From assembly GCA_964016885.1 (NCBI GenBank), contig OZ024745.1, positions 42,036,001-42,100,000 of the forward strand: a DNA stretch of 64,000 nt. Reading direction: 5' to 3'. The first letter of the stretch is position 1; the number at the start of each line of letters is the position of its first letter. Positions 13,433 to 27,753 of the stretch are shown one piece after another. Below the pieces are notes generated by a model. It ran no database searches and was not told the origin of the DNA. It saw nothing but the letters and a program-made list of their open reading frames with translations. This DNA is from Eledone cirrhosa (Eukaryota). The translations under genes and the position numbers were made by a program.

Positions 13433-13702
13433 AGAAATAAAAGGAGAAATAGAAAGATAGAAGAGAATGAGGGGAGGAAGAAACGGAATATTACACACAT
13501 ATAAATGCTAACGTGTAGTATCAATTACAAACGTCAGGCTTATTTAAGTTTAGAATGCGTAATGCAAACACATTTTATATAATCGCTTGTAATTAAAGTA
13601 TGTCGCACCAAAAAGTCATTGGTTAAGTGAAATTCGGTAGACGGAAAGTCTGCCGAAGCGCGATTTTTATATATACTGCATATATATATATACATATATA
13701 TA

Positions 13703-16700
13703 TGGTGGCTGCCAACTCGTTTTCGAGTACGGCCACTACTTTATATCCATGTAGGAGAACCCCTACCGATGCGATGAACGAGTGTGGCTTTTTAGTCCAG
13801 CCAGCGACTTGAAAACTCTGGTACAAACACTACACTTTTGACAATTATTGACACCTAGTGCTGGGCCCAAGGTACCATGTGGCCCAAGGTGTCGTGTGAG
13901 ATCACTACTCGACCTGCATACCCTTCCACAAACATTACATGTCGTCGTCTGATGAACACTTATAGTTCCACAGGTGCCTGCTTCCCTGTTCTTGTGCACT
14001 CTCAGGTTACACTTTAGACCTGCCATGTTCAGACAAACCCTATTACAGGTCTCACATGTCAGGTCAGGCCGACTGTCAGTGCCTTCGGGAAGGCCAACAT
14101 GGATTCCTTTCCGGACATCTCTTTTTAGTGTCGCGTGCCTTCTTCTTGTTTCCTCAAATAGACTCTTGCCACTAGACACTGCTTTCCTCCAATGCGATCG
14201 GTCGCTAACGCCTGCTTCCCAGTGCTCACAAGGGATGTTACTTTTCTTGAGCGCCCCCTTGATGCAGTCCTTAAAACGCATCTTGGGTTTGCTCGCGTTC
14301 CTTTTTCCCATTTGGAGCTCACCATAAAGCAGCTGCTTCGGCATTCGCTTGTCATTCATCCTTACAATATGGCCTGTCTAAGGCAGCTGATGTTTCAAAA
14401 TCAAGGACTCGACACTATCACAGCCACTTCTGTCCAGAACCTCGACGTCACTGACAAACAAGTTATGCCGAGGATCCGACGTAAGCAGTACTGGTGGAAC
14501 CTCTCAAGTCGCTTCATCTGTCTACGGTAGACCACACACGTCTCACAAGCATAAAGAAGTGCCGCGAGCACACACGCATGATACACTTTGAGCTTTGTCT
14601 TTACCGAAATTCCGTGTTGAGACCAGAGACGCTTGTTCAGTTTTCCAAAAGCATCACTGGCTTTCTGTATCCTGTTTGATATTTCCCCATCAATATCGCA
14701 GGACATACTCAGAGTGCTTCCAAGATATACAAAACTGCCAACGACCCTAAGCCTTTCACCATAAACCAAGATGTTGGGCTCACAACATGGCTTCCCAGGG
14801 GCTGGTTGGTACATAGCTACTGTCTTTTTCAGGCTTATGGTAAGTCCCAATGCAGAACACGCATTAGAAAATACATCCACGAGATGCTGCATATCAATCT
14901 CCGTGTGCACTACCGGGTCACAGTCATCTGCATAAAGCAAATCCCTGATTAGTGACAAGTCAACCTTTGACTTAGCATTGAACATCCTGATATTAAACAG
15001 CTTTCCAGTTGATCGATAGCGAACATATATACCATGATTGCAGTTCCCGAAGGCCTGTTCGAAGACAATGGAGAAGTACAAAGCAAAGAGCGTTGAAGCT
15101 GGAATGTCACCCTGTTTGACTTCATTCTCGACCGTCACCGACTCTGAGAGCTTTCCACCAACATTTACCCATGCCTTCATGTCATCATGAAACAAACGCA
15201 AAATGGAAACAAACATCTCAGGGCACCCCAGCTTCCTCAAGATATCCCATAAAGCCTTTCTGTTGACCGTGACAAACACCTGGTAGAGATCCACATTCTG
15301 CTCAACACACTTTTCCTGCAGTTGTCTGGCTGTAAAGATCATATCCACAGTGCCACGCCAAGCCTGAAAGCCCGATTGCGACTCTGGTAGAGCTTCATCA
15401 GCTATGTGGAGCAACAAACGGTCCAACAGAATTCTACAGAGAACTTTGCCGACAACAGTCAACAGATCCCACGATAGTTTCCGAAGTCATCCCTGTCTCC
15501 CTTTCCCTTGTACAAAACAACCATCACAGCATCCTTCCAGTCATCGGTAACATGACTGTTGTTCCAGGCATCCAGAACCAAAGAATGAAGTCGGTGCAAG
15601 AGATTCTCTCTACCGTGCTTCAAGATCTCAGCATACAGCCCATCCAATCCAGGCGACCTTTGAGTTTCCAGACAGCACGCTTAACCTCCTCGATCGTTGG
15701 AGGCTCAGCAAGGATTTCCTTTACTGGCTTATCAGGTATGGACCTGATAAACTCTTCGTCAACCTCTGAATCCCTATTGAGAAGCTCGTCAAAGTGTTCC
15801 CGCCATCTCAACAGGATATCATTGGGATCTCTAAGGAGCTGATTGCCATCCTTTGTCCTAAGAGGCGCAACTGGTGATGTAGGTGGTCCATATACTTCAC
15901 GAAGAAGATTATACATTGCCTTAACGTCCTTCACATCCGACGCAAGTTGTATTTCATCGGCTTTGTCATTCCACCACTTATTCTTCATTTCACGCAATTT
16001 TCGTTGCGCATCAGCTTTTACGAGCTTCAGCTTATCAGCGATTGCCTTCTGCCAATCAGTGCTTAAATCACTACCAAGCAATGCGGAGTGGAGCATATGT
16101 TTCTCCTCCAAAAGCTTGTCTATAAGCTTGTCATTTTGGTAAAACCAATCCTGATGCTTCTTATCCGTGAATCCAACATCAGCACATGCCCCCATAAACT
16201 GCCTCCTTAAAGGAAGTCCAGTCATTTCCGCACTCTACGCATCCATCTTTTTAACCAGATTTTCTCTGACTTCAGGATCCTTCAGACGGGCAACGTTCAG
16301 CAGTTTCGGAAGTGATACCCCTCGTCGTTTCTCCCTTTTACGAACTACACATCTTGCTCTTGCTCCAACACTCTTCCCCACGCATCACACGAACACTGCA
16401 CAGATCCTGTACACCCCGCCGCCTCACAAAAACATAATCAATGAGGTGCCACTGTTTCGATCCAGGATGCATCCATGTTGTCTTGTATTTGTCCTTCTGT
16501 TGGAACATAGTGCTGCCAATTAACAAGTCCAGCTCAGTGCACATTTTCAATAACAAGAGTCCATTGCCATTGCACTTTCCAACCCCATGCTTCTCCAGAG
16601 CTCTCCAGGTCTCACAATCACGGCCCATGCGAGCATTAAAATCTCCAAGAATGAAAATGTTGTCTGCTGCAGGCAATTTCCAGACAAGAGACCTTAATTC

Positions 16701-17690
16701 GTCATAAAAAGCCTGCTTTGCTTCATCAATGCATTCCATAGTTGGTGCATAAGCACCAATCACGGTTGCATATCTTCCACCCTCTAGAGGAACTCTCACA
16801 GTGATCAGTCTGTCACTAACGCCTGTCAGCAGGTCCTGAAGGTGGTCTGTTATAACTGTTTTTATGGCAAAAGTGACACCAGCTTCCCTTCTCCCCTCCT
16901 TCCTTCCCCTCAGAAAAACGTATATCCCCCGGATTTCTCTGTGAAATGGCCCTCACTATGAAATCCAGTTTCTGAGAGGGCCACAACATCCATATCATAA
17001 CGCCTGAGCTCCTTGGCAACTAATGCCGATCTTCTTTCAGGTCGCTGTACATTTGTTTCAATATCAAGCAAAGTACGCACATTCCAGCACCCAAAATTGA
17101 GTGGTTTGCACACAGTAGACCGATGATGACCGGGCCCAGACTGCGGCGCCCTGGGACACCCTTTCACATGATGCTGATCCAGAGCGCTTATTGCCATTTA
17201 CTTCAATTGTGTTAGGTACCTTCATCGTAATGTAGTTTTCCTTTTTAGTGCTGGTCCCATGGTACCATGTGCAGAGAGATCTCCAGATATAAAGCAATAC
17301 CTGTGCCGTGAAGCTTTTATAGTGAGCAAAGGCACTGCACAAAGCCAGTCCCACTCTCTTAACCAAGATGATATTTACCAAAAAGAAGAACAAGTCAACA
17401 TCATTGGATACCATCAGAGTTGCAGGTGTTATATCAGAGTTTTCCTTCTCCTAGAATTCTGCCTTGACAAAGGCTAAGAGTCATCTCTCCCGGTGATTTT
17501 GGTTGGCCATTGACTCTTAAGAGCTCCTTTGCCCTTTGACAGGTTTTGTTTTTAGTCCTGCAGGATGTCCAAAATCACCCTCCTCACCAAGAAACCTTGG
17601 TGGGGTTGCCAGTTTAGACGCCAGCGACGCGACCATGAGACAGGTTGTACTGGAATACATGTTACCAGTAGCACCAACTGGTGACCTGAC
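13703..17690 (-). mobile_element. Near full-length RTE-clade LINE, inactive
   Basis: 5' UTR (about 17200-17690), APE endonuclease (LNFGCWNVRTL, IGAYAPT, ILGDFNAR, HLIDYV), RT (KGKGDRDDFGNYRGI, VKQGD, LLYADD), RMPKQLLYGEL, three C2H2 fingers and a 3' stem-loop tail. Both ends abut microsatellite. Confidence 0.95.
13763..17197 (-). pseudogene. Frameshifted APE-RT-3xC2H2 polyprotein of the RTE LINE
   Basis: Split over ORFs 17197-16910, 16799-16338, 16225-15620, 15647-15459, 15462-14401 and 14359-13763. The DLTKAFD motif is deleted (LYQVFV|TVNR versus LYQVFVDLTKAFDTVNR in the second RTE). Confidence 0.93.
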
Positions 17691-17853
<163 letters not shown>

Positions 17854-17864
17854 TTTGCGCTTAG

Positions 17865-18117
17865 AGCGTTGTGTCCTTGAGCAAGACACTTTAATTCACG
17901 TTGCCCCAGTTCAGTCAGCTGAAGAAATGATTTGCGACATCACTGGTGCCAAGCTGTATTGTTCTTTCCCTTTCCCTTCGACTACATCGGTGGTGTGGAG
18001 AGAGGAGACCGGTATGAATGAGCTTCCACAAACAACCTTGCTCTGACTTGTGCCTCGGAGTGGAACTTTCTATGTGCAAATCCCATGGTCATTTGTGACC
18101 AAAGGATCTCTTTACCC
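17865..18117 (+). mobile_element. 5'-truncated CORE-type SINE
   Basis: gttgtgtccttgagcaagacactttaattcacgttgccccagttcagtcagctg resembles the CORE domain; ends tctttaccc before (TA)n. Confidence 0.7.
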
Positions 18118-18673
18118 ATATATATATATATATCCTGATCAACATATATTTCTCTTACTTCCAGTTCATGCAGTTCTTAAACCAACTCTACGTTTCTACT
18201 TTATCAAATTATACAATACCTATAGAGGAAAGAAAATCAGCGACAACAGTCCGGATTCGAAATCAGATAGTAAATCTCAGTAGTACTTATATATCTACAG
18301 TTGGAACATTTCCAATATCAGCGTAAGAGCCTTAAAAGTTGAGACAAGGAACAACATTCGGTCGTTTTTGACAAGATTCATGTCTTTGCTAACGTTATCT
18401 ATACGAGATAAATTAGCAAAATGGTGTTCGATTGGGAATTGAAACTGCGTCAGTATATCGACTTGCTGTAAGATTATCAGTTGTATTTGCCAAGTGTGTA
18501 TATGAAGTACATATATGAATGAAATGCATCCTCATGCAGACATGTATGTCTTTCTCTACGTAAATACACCTGTGGACACATCTGTAGACACGTGCGAAGT
18601 GTTTGTGATTTTGAACTGAAAATATTTACATATGAATATGTATATTCATTTGAGATTGTATCCATGTTTGGTT

Positions 18674-18765
18674 ATGTATGTATGTATGTATGTATGTATG
18701 TATGTATGTATGTATGTATGTATGTATGTATGTATGTATGTATGTATGTATGTGTGTGTGTGTGT
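18674..18765. repeat. (TATG)n-(TG)n microsatellite
   Basis: Direct reading. Confidence 0.95.
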
Positions 18766-19878
18766 TTATTTGCTTTCGTTGAACCCCTCAATAAATTGCA
18801 AATTTCGTGAAGTTTGTTTTTCTCCCCCGAAACTCTCACAAAATAGTATGAGGTCAGAGCGATTTACGAATTTCCCCGCCCACTTCTTTTGAAAACAACT
18901 CACTGAGAGACTCCGGCTTTAATCCTAGGCTTAGCCAACGGATTAGCTCACTGTGAACGAGGGTTAATCCGAGTTGACATTGGCAATGAGGATTCATTGA
19001 CATAGCACGTAGCTCCTGTCACCTTCTCAACGGTATATAACCTGTGTCTGTTTAGATGTTTATCTGTGTCTCTGCGCATGTGTGTGTGCATATATATGTC
19101 TGTGTATTTGTTAGTATGAGTTTATGTGTATGTGTAAATGTACGAAAATATATACATATGTGTGTGTTTATGTATACACTCTTGTGTATGTGTGTGTGTC
19201 TAAAGCTGCCGTATTTAATAACCGACCGCTGTTGACACGACCTTGCACACGTGGGGATCAAACACAGATCAGTTGAATAGCACAAACAGGCGTGACGAGA
19301 ATGCATAATCTTTACCTGCAGTGATTTCCAGGCTCAGTTCACAGATACCAAAACATCCATATATATCAGAACTACTCTACACACAAACAAACAAACAAAA
19401 AAAAAAAGAAATCTTTAATGAAAAACAAATAGATAGTCGATCATTTTACTTCAAATCATTTTATATATTGATTGGTAGTTGCTGATATATTGATCAATAT
19501 TTTACTTTATTTTGTGTGAATGCATTTGCTACACGTTACTTGAATATTGATGTTTGAAATGTGCTCATTCTGTTGACATAACAGTACTGGGTATATAGAG
19601 ATATGCAGGAGAACATAGACGTGTCGCCACGCATGGAAGACCGCTTACTATTAACTCCCTAGATGCACCACAAACATGTACAGAGAAGGTGTGAGTATAT
19701 AAATGTTTTAGGAGTTTATGCGTGTATGTATGTATGCATACATACACACACACACACACACACACACTCACATACACACACACACACATACAGAATCATA
19801 TATAAATATAAATATATATATATATATTTATATATGATTCTGTTTTATGTTTGTATGAATTTGTATCAATACATGCAG

Positions 19879-21012
<1,134 letters not shown>

Positions 21013-21041
21013 TACGTTTGGGTATATCGAATATTAATAAT

Positions 21042-21256
21042 GGTTTCTTATATAGGCACAAGGCCAGCAATTTTGGGGGAGGGGAAAGTCGATTAAATCT
21101 ACCCCAGTGCGTGACTGGTACTTTATTTTATCGACCCCGTAAGGATGAAAGCAAAGTTAACCTCGGCGGGATTTGAATTCAGATCATAAAGGACCGTAAC
21201 TCTATGCTACAAAGCATGGCGTCCGGCCCTCTCCCGATATTGCCAATCCACCGCCC
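21042..21256 (-). mobile_element. SINE family A, full length, inserted into a fold-back arm
   Basis: Reverse complement of the family A body; 19-bp TSD tatatcgaatattaataat at 21023-21041 and 21257-21275. Confidence 0.9.
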
Positions 21257-21563
21257 TATATCGAATATTAATAATAATGTTCGATTTGTTTGTAAACAAA
21301 TGGCCCGATTTGAAGCTGTGCCATGCCGGTGACCGATCGTCACCTGTTTGTTCAACACTGGCTTTGAGGAACAATCAACATGTTTCTGGGTCATAACCAG
21401 GGTTTATCGGGACTGTATACCTCTGCCAGTCTGTTGAACGGTTGATTGTTCCTCGCAGCCAGTGTTGAACAACCAGGTGACGATCGGTCACCGGCATGGC
21501 ACAGCTTCAAATCGGTCCATTTGTTTACAAACGAATCGAACATTATTATTACTGTTCGATATA
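21257..21563. mobile_element. Fold-back/MITE-like element, 123-bp imperfect inverted arms
   Basis: 21257-21379 versus 21441-21563 reverse complementary with few mismatches; 61-bp spacer; non-coding. Confidence 0.8.
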
Positions 21564-21593
21564 ACCCATATAACCCACATGTGTATATATATA

Positions 21594-21682
<89 letters not shown>

Positions 21683-21715
21683 ATGTATATATATATATAT
21701 ATATATATATAGAAG

Positions 21716-21766
21716 AGCTTCTACAGGACTAGAACTATTTCATTCGTGAGAATTCATCAGGAAGCT
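21716..21766 (-). ncRNA. Type I hammerhead ribozyme (left arm of palindrome)
   Basis: Minus strand AGCTTC-CTGATGA-ATTC tcac GAAT-GAA-ATAG ttctagtc CTGT-A-GAAGCT: all core boxes and three stems (one U.G in stem III). Confidence 0.75.
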
Positions 21767-21813
21767 TCCTGATGATTTCTCACGAATGAAACAGTTCTAG
21801 TCCTATAGAAGCT
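21763..21813 (+). ncRNA. Type I hammerhead ribozyme (right arm; one stem III mismatch)
   Basis: AGCTTC-CTGATGA-tTTC tcac GAAt-GAA-ACAG ttctagtc CTAT-A-GAAGCT. Confidence 0.65.
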
Positions 21814-21827
21814 CTTCTATATTAAAA

Positions 21828-21877
<50 letters not shown>

Positions 21878-21887
21878 GCACACACGC

Positions 21888-21934
<47 letters not shown>

Positions 21935-21948
21935 TATATATATCAGGA

Positions 21949-21999
21949 AGCTTCCTGATGATTTCTCACGAATGAAACAGTTCTAGTCCTGTAGAAGCT
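21949..21999 (+). ncRNA. Type I hammerhead ribozyme
   Basis: Stem I AGCTTC/GAAGCT, CTGATGA 21955-21961, stem II TTC/GAA, GAAA 21974-21977, stem III ACAG/CTGT, GUA triplet with predicted cleavage after 21993. The element continues to about 22088. Confidence 0.78.
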
Positions 22000-22087
22000 C
22001 TTCTATATTAAAACATTTATACTCTGCTATGTATTGAGTACCTTACTTACTGTGGTTACCTCCGATTCAAGCCGGAATAACTTATCT

Positions 22088-22520
<433 letters not shown>

Positions 22521-23199
22521 TTTTTTTACATAAATCAATATAAACATATCGAGTTACACATACTCTTGGTTTTGGATATATATCAATTTTCAATTTAAAT
22601 ATCATTATTTGTGTTATTGCTGTGGATAAATAGATACATGTAAACACCCGCACACAGCCACACCCATACAAATACTACCATCCACAGACTCACACATAGA
22701 TACAAACACAACATGTATATACGCAAATTGCATACAAACTTTAATTTTACAGAATACTTGCTTACAAATGGTTGTAGATATAATCATGGCATTGATGTGT
22801 GTGTATGTATGTTCTGCATCTATGTAAGTGTATGCATATATGTATGTATGTATATATGTGTGTGTATGTATGTTTGTATGTATGTATGAATGTATGTATG
22901 AATGTATGTATGTATGTATGTATATATGTGTATGTATGTATGTTTGTATGTATGTATGAATGAATGAATGTATGTATGTATGAATGTATGTACGTACGCA
23001 TGCCATGTATGTACGTATATTGTGTATGTATATATGGCTGTATAAATATGTATATGTATATGTGTATATATGCATGCACTATGCATACATGCACTTATAG
23101 ATGCATCCGTGTACGTGGGTGTTGACGCACGCATGTAGGCATATGTTATGGAAATATTCATATCTGCTTGCATGTGTATGTATTATTTTTTAAGTATAC

Positions 23200-23243
<44 letters not shown>

Positions 23244-23640
23244 GTGGATATATGGATATACATACACATACGTGCATATGTACGCTTTTGTATATATGTA
23301 AATATATGCTAAACTTACAGTTGCTAAAGATCATTTTTCCATTGAGGGTGTTTATGTGCCCTATTATTTAGACTATATTACTATAGTAAAAAATAAAACA
23401 ATTCGATGAAGCACATTTGTCATACATTTTAAATTCCGCTCATCATTTCGAAACCCATTTGTTTATTTATTTCTCTCTATGTATTTATAGTTTAAAAATA
23501 AAGGAAGAAAATGTGACGGGCTCTTTCGTGTAATGGTTTCATTTCTGCTCGGAAAGTATAAAGCTTCGTCCTGTCGCCCTCATGTCTCTGATTTTCGGCC
23601 TCATGGATTTTGTCTATTATATTCCTTTGTTATATTTCGA

Positions 23641-23698
23641 ATACCTGATGATGTCACCGGATTCATACTGAACCCGGTCATTGAAATGATCATAGTAT
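23641..23698 (+). ncRNA. Type I hammerhead ribozyme with minimal palindromic stem III
   Basis: ATAC-CTGATGA-[tgtcACCGGaTTCAtacTGAAcCCGGTcatt]-GAA-AT GATC AT-A-GTAT, followed immediately by AATAAA. Confidence 0.78.
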
Positions 23699-23886
23699 AA
23701 TAAACCTATTAAGGAATTACACCAGTCCAGCCTCCTGTTATTTTATAATAATTAACTCCGTACTCGCACCACCAACTACACAAACGTAGACGGGTGAGTT
23801 GCATTACGTTGAGTGTTCTCCATAATATTACAGCGAGGTTGACCATACGGAATGACCAGTTCTATCTAGTGGTGAACCAAAAAACC

Positions 23887-23947
<61 letters not shown>

Positions 23948-23979
23948 CTAACTTCCTCAAATATATATATATATAGTGT

Positions 23980-26501
23980 TATTAATACAATAACAGAGAA
24001 AGCTTTACGCTAAACTCCGACTGGTAACCATCTCACTCAACAAACATTAGCTTATACGTTAGTATAAACCCAATTTAGTGTCTGGGGTGCCAACTATATG
24101 TATTTTGTGGAAAGCCAGCTGTATTATTTTATATGAGATATAATTAAAATTAAAATATATCTCTCTTTCCAAACAATTGTTTCATTATAAGTTTTCTACA
24201 AGTTGGGAGAATATTTCCAGTTTATGTAGAAGCCTAATATATTTTCATGTAAGAATACAATTAGGTGGGCACTTATAAATCGTCAGTGGAAGCCCATTAA
24301 ACTTTGATATAAGAAAAATTTCTTACCGCAGTTAATTTTCGTGTCTGCTAATTTGTCCCTTCACGGATCGAATGACCGCCAAATTTGAAATTCCAGCAGT
24401 CCTTTGACTGAGGAAGTATCATAGCGTCATGAAGCGGGAAAGGGAGACAATCACGAGTCACGAGAAAAGAAAAATAATATACACGTGGGTTAATTAGTTC
24501 TTTCAAAAACATTATCAATCCTTCGTGTTAAGAACTCAATTAATTTTAAAAAAATAAATGTATGCGTGTATTAATTACACACGCATATAGATATTTTCTT
24601 AGGCTAAAAACAGAGAAGTGATACCTGAATAACGAACAATATCTCACAACTGTAACAAATACGGAAAGTTACGCCTTAAAAGACATTTGGGAATGTAAAT
24701 CTCTGGCCAAATTAAGAGTAAAATATTTAATACACGCGGGTTAATTAGTTATTTCAAAACCAATATCAATTCCGCGTGTTAAGAACTCAATTAATTTAAA
24801 AAAATAAATGTATACATGTAATTTTTTACACACGAATATAGATATTTTCTTAGGCTAAAAACAGAGAAGTGATAACCAAAAAACGAACAATATCTCATAA
24901 CAGTAAGAAATACGGAAAGTCATGTGTATAAGGTACCTGGAAATAAAAATCTCTGGCCAAATCAAGAGTAAAATATTAATACAATAACAGAGAAAGCTTT
25001 ACGCTAAACTCCGACTGGTAACCATCTCACTCAACAAACATTAGCTTATACGTTAGTATAAACCCAATTTAGTGTCTGGGGTGCCAACTATATGTATGTT
25101 GTGGAAAGCCAGCTGTATTATTTTATATGAGATATAATTAAAATTAAAATATATCTCTCTTTCCAAACAATTGTTTCATTATAAGTTTTCTACAAGTTGG
25201 GAGAATATTTCCAGTTTATGTAGAAGCCTAATATATTTTCATGTAAGAATACAATTAGGTGGGCACTTATAAATCGTCAGTGGAAGCCCATTAAACTTTG
25301 ATATAAGAAAAATTTCTTACCGCAGTTAATTTTCGTGTCTGCTAATTTGTCCCTTCACGGATCGAATGACCGCCAAATTTGAAATTCCAGCAGTCCTTTG
25401 ACTGAGGAAGTATCATAGCGTCATGAAGCGGGAAAGGGAGACAATCACGAGTCACGAGAAAAGAAAAATAATATACACGTGGGTTAATTAGTTCTTTCAA
25501 AAACATTATCAATCCTTCGTGTTAAGAACTCAATTAATTTTTAAAAAATAAATGTATGCGTGTATTAATTACACACGCATATAGATATTTTCTTAGGCTA
25601 AAAACAGAGAAGTGATACCTGAATAACGAACAATATCTCACAACTGTAACAAATACGGAAAGTTACGCCTTAAAAGACATTTGGGAATGTAAATCTCTGG
25701 CCAAATTAAGAGTAAAATATTTAATACACGCGGGTTAATTAGTTATTTCAAAACCAATATCAATTCCGCGTGTTAAGAACTCAATTAATTTAAAAAAATA
25801 AATGTATACATGTAATTTTTTACACACGAATATAGATATTTTCTTAGCCTAAAAACAGAGAAGTGATAACCAAAAAACGAACAATATCTCATAACAGTAA
25901 GAAATACGGAAAGTCATGTGTATAAGGTACCTGGAAATAAAAATCTCTGGCCAAATCAAGAGTAAAATATTAATACAATAACAGAGAAAGCTTTACGCTA
26001 AACTCCGACTGGTAACCATCTCACTCAACAAACATTAGCTTATACGTTAGTATAAACCCAATTTAGTGTCTGGGGTGCCAACTATATGTATTTTGTGGAA
26101 AGCCAGCTGTATTATTTTATATGAGATATAATTAAAATTAAAATATATCTCTCTTTCCAAACAATTGTTTCATTATAAGTTTTCTACAAGTTGGGAGAAT
26201 ATTTCCAGTTTATGTAGAAGCCTAATATATTTTCATGTAAGAATACAATTAGGTGGGCACTTATAAATCGTCAGTGGAAGCCCATTAAACTTTGATATAA
26301 GAAAAATTTCTTACCGTAGTTAATTTTCGTGTCTGCTAATTTGTCCCTTCACGGATCGAATGACCGCCAAATTTGAAATTCCAGCAGTCCTTTGACTGAG
26401 GAAGTATCATAGCGTCATGGAGCGGGAAAGGGAGACAATCACGAGTCACGAGAAAAGAAAAATAATATACACGTGGGTTAATTAGTTTTTTCGAAAACAT
26501 T
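23980..26501. repeat. 994-bp tandem repeat, about 2.5 copies, near-identical
   Basis: attaatacaataacagagaaagc starts at 23981, 24975 and 25969; each unit holds a diverged internal duplication of about 251 bp (24481 versus 24732). Confidence 0.97.
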
Positions 26502-26528
26502 TAGAAAGTTAGTTGACACAAACAAAAA

Positions 26529-26619
26529 ATGGACAGTTTTCATTTAATCAGTTGTCTACTATGGTGCACAGTTGTTTCAGTGATCCGTAGTAGACAACTG
26601 ATGAAGGGAAACTGTCCAT
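26529..26619. repeat. Imperfect inverted repeat (about 35-bp arms)
   Basis: atggacagtttt...atcagttgtctactatgg pairs with ccgtagtagacaactgat...aaactgtccat. Confidence 0.8.
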
Positions 26620-27753
26620 CTCTTGTTTGTTTCGCCTCCTTTCTAACACTCGTTATCAGTAACCACACAGCCCTGTCTCTCTCAATATATATATATATAT
26701 ATATACATATATATATAATTTCTTTATTCCTATTACAGGCAGATATTTCGTCTTGTGTGTGTGTTTGCTTTCTGTCCAACGGCTATTGTGTTTTCATCGA
26801 GAATAGTTATCTTTAGACACTATTGATGCACTGGTGGTGAATAGTTCTGTCTCTAGAAGCATCCGAAACTATAACGATCCTCAGAAGAGAGTGGATAAGC
26901 GGAAATTGTGCATGTGCTTCTCTCTTATATATATATATATTTCATTAATAGAACATCTCGGACATATACAGGAAACAGAAAACTCATGTCCAAAACGTTA
27001 AGACTCTCTCAGGTTCGCTTTGTTAAAGTATACCTATAGTGAAAGCCTTCCAGCCATGACTATTCCATCTTACTTTCAGACAATGTATCCAGAATTTCGT
27101 TATCCAATATGTTCTTTCCTTTTTAAGATGGTAAGATGTGGTTTGAGAAGAATATGACCGGAACTCCTTTGTTGGATCGTGAGCATACGTAGAAACATGG
27201 AAGATATTCAGGTTTGTTATTTAGTTGGAGAAAGGAAAGTAACTGATTACTTCGTTGGTAGAAAGCCACACATTTTCCTATTCTTTAATCATCCTGTGAT
27301 GATAGAAGGCATATTCGTACTAAAACATTCCAATATATGAAATAAGTTCAGTAACACCAGAGATAGAACACAATTACAGGACTTTTAAATCATGAGGCTG
27401 ATACCTAGGATGTTCTACCTTTCTCCGCTTCTTTCTTTTTTTGTCTCTTTCTTTCTTTTCCCACTCCTATCTTTTTTTTTTTTTTCAATTTTGCCTTATG
27501 ATCTTTTTCTCCATTATATTTCTTTTCATTTCTTACTGCTTTCTCTCTCCTATCTCTTATACTTTTTCTCATTTATTTATTCTTGATTTCTAATTTGCCT
27601 TCTGGAGCCCCTCTTCTTCTTCTTCTTCTTCTTCTTCTTCTTCTTCTTCTTCTTTCTTCGTTTCTTCCGTTTTCCTCTCCTTCCTTCGGTCTATGCTGTC
27701 AATTCAAACCAAACGAAGCACAAAATGCCTTCCAAGGCTTTTCAAAAGCAGCA

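Noticed and set aside
24405-24470. CTGAGGA...GAAA inside the 994-bp tandem unit, suggesting a retrozyme array
   Set aside because: No convincing stems I, II or III in register with the core on either strand.
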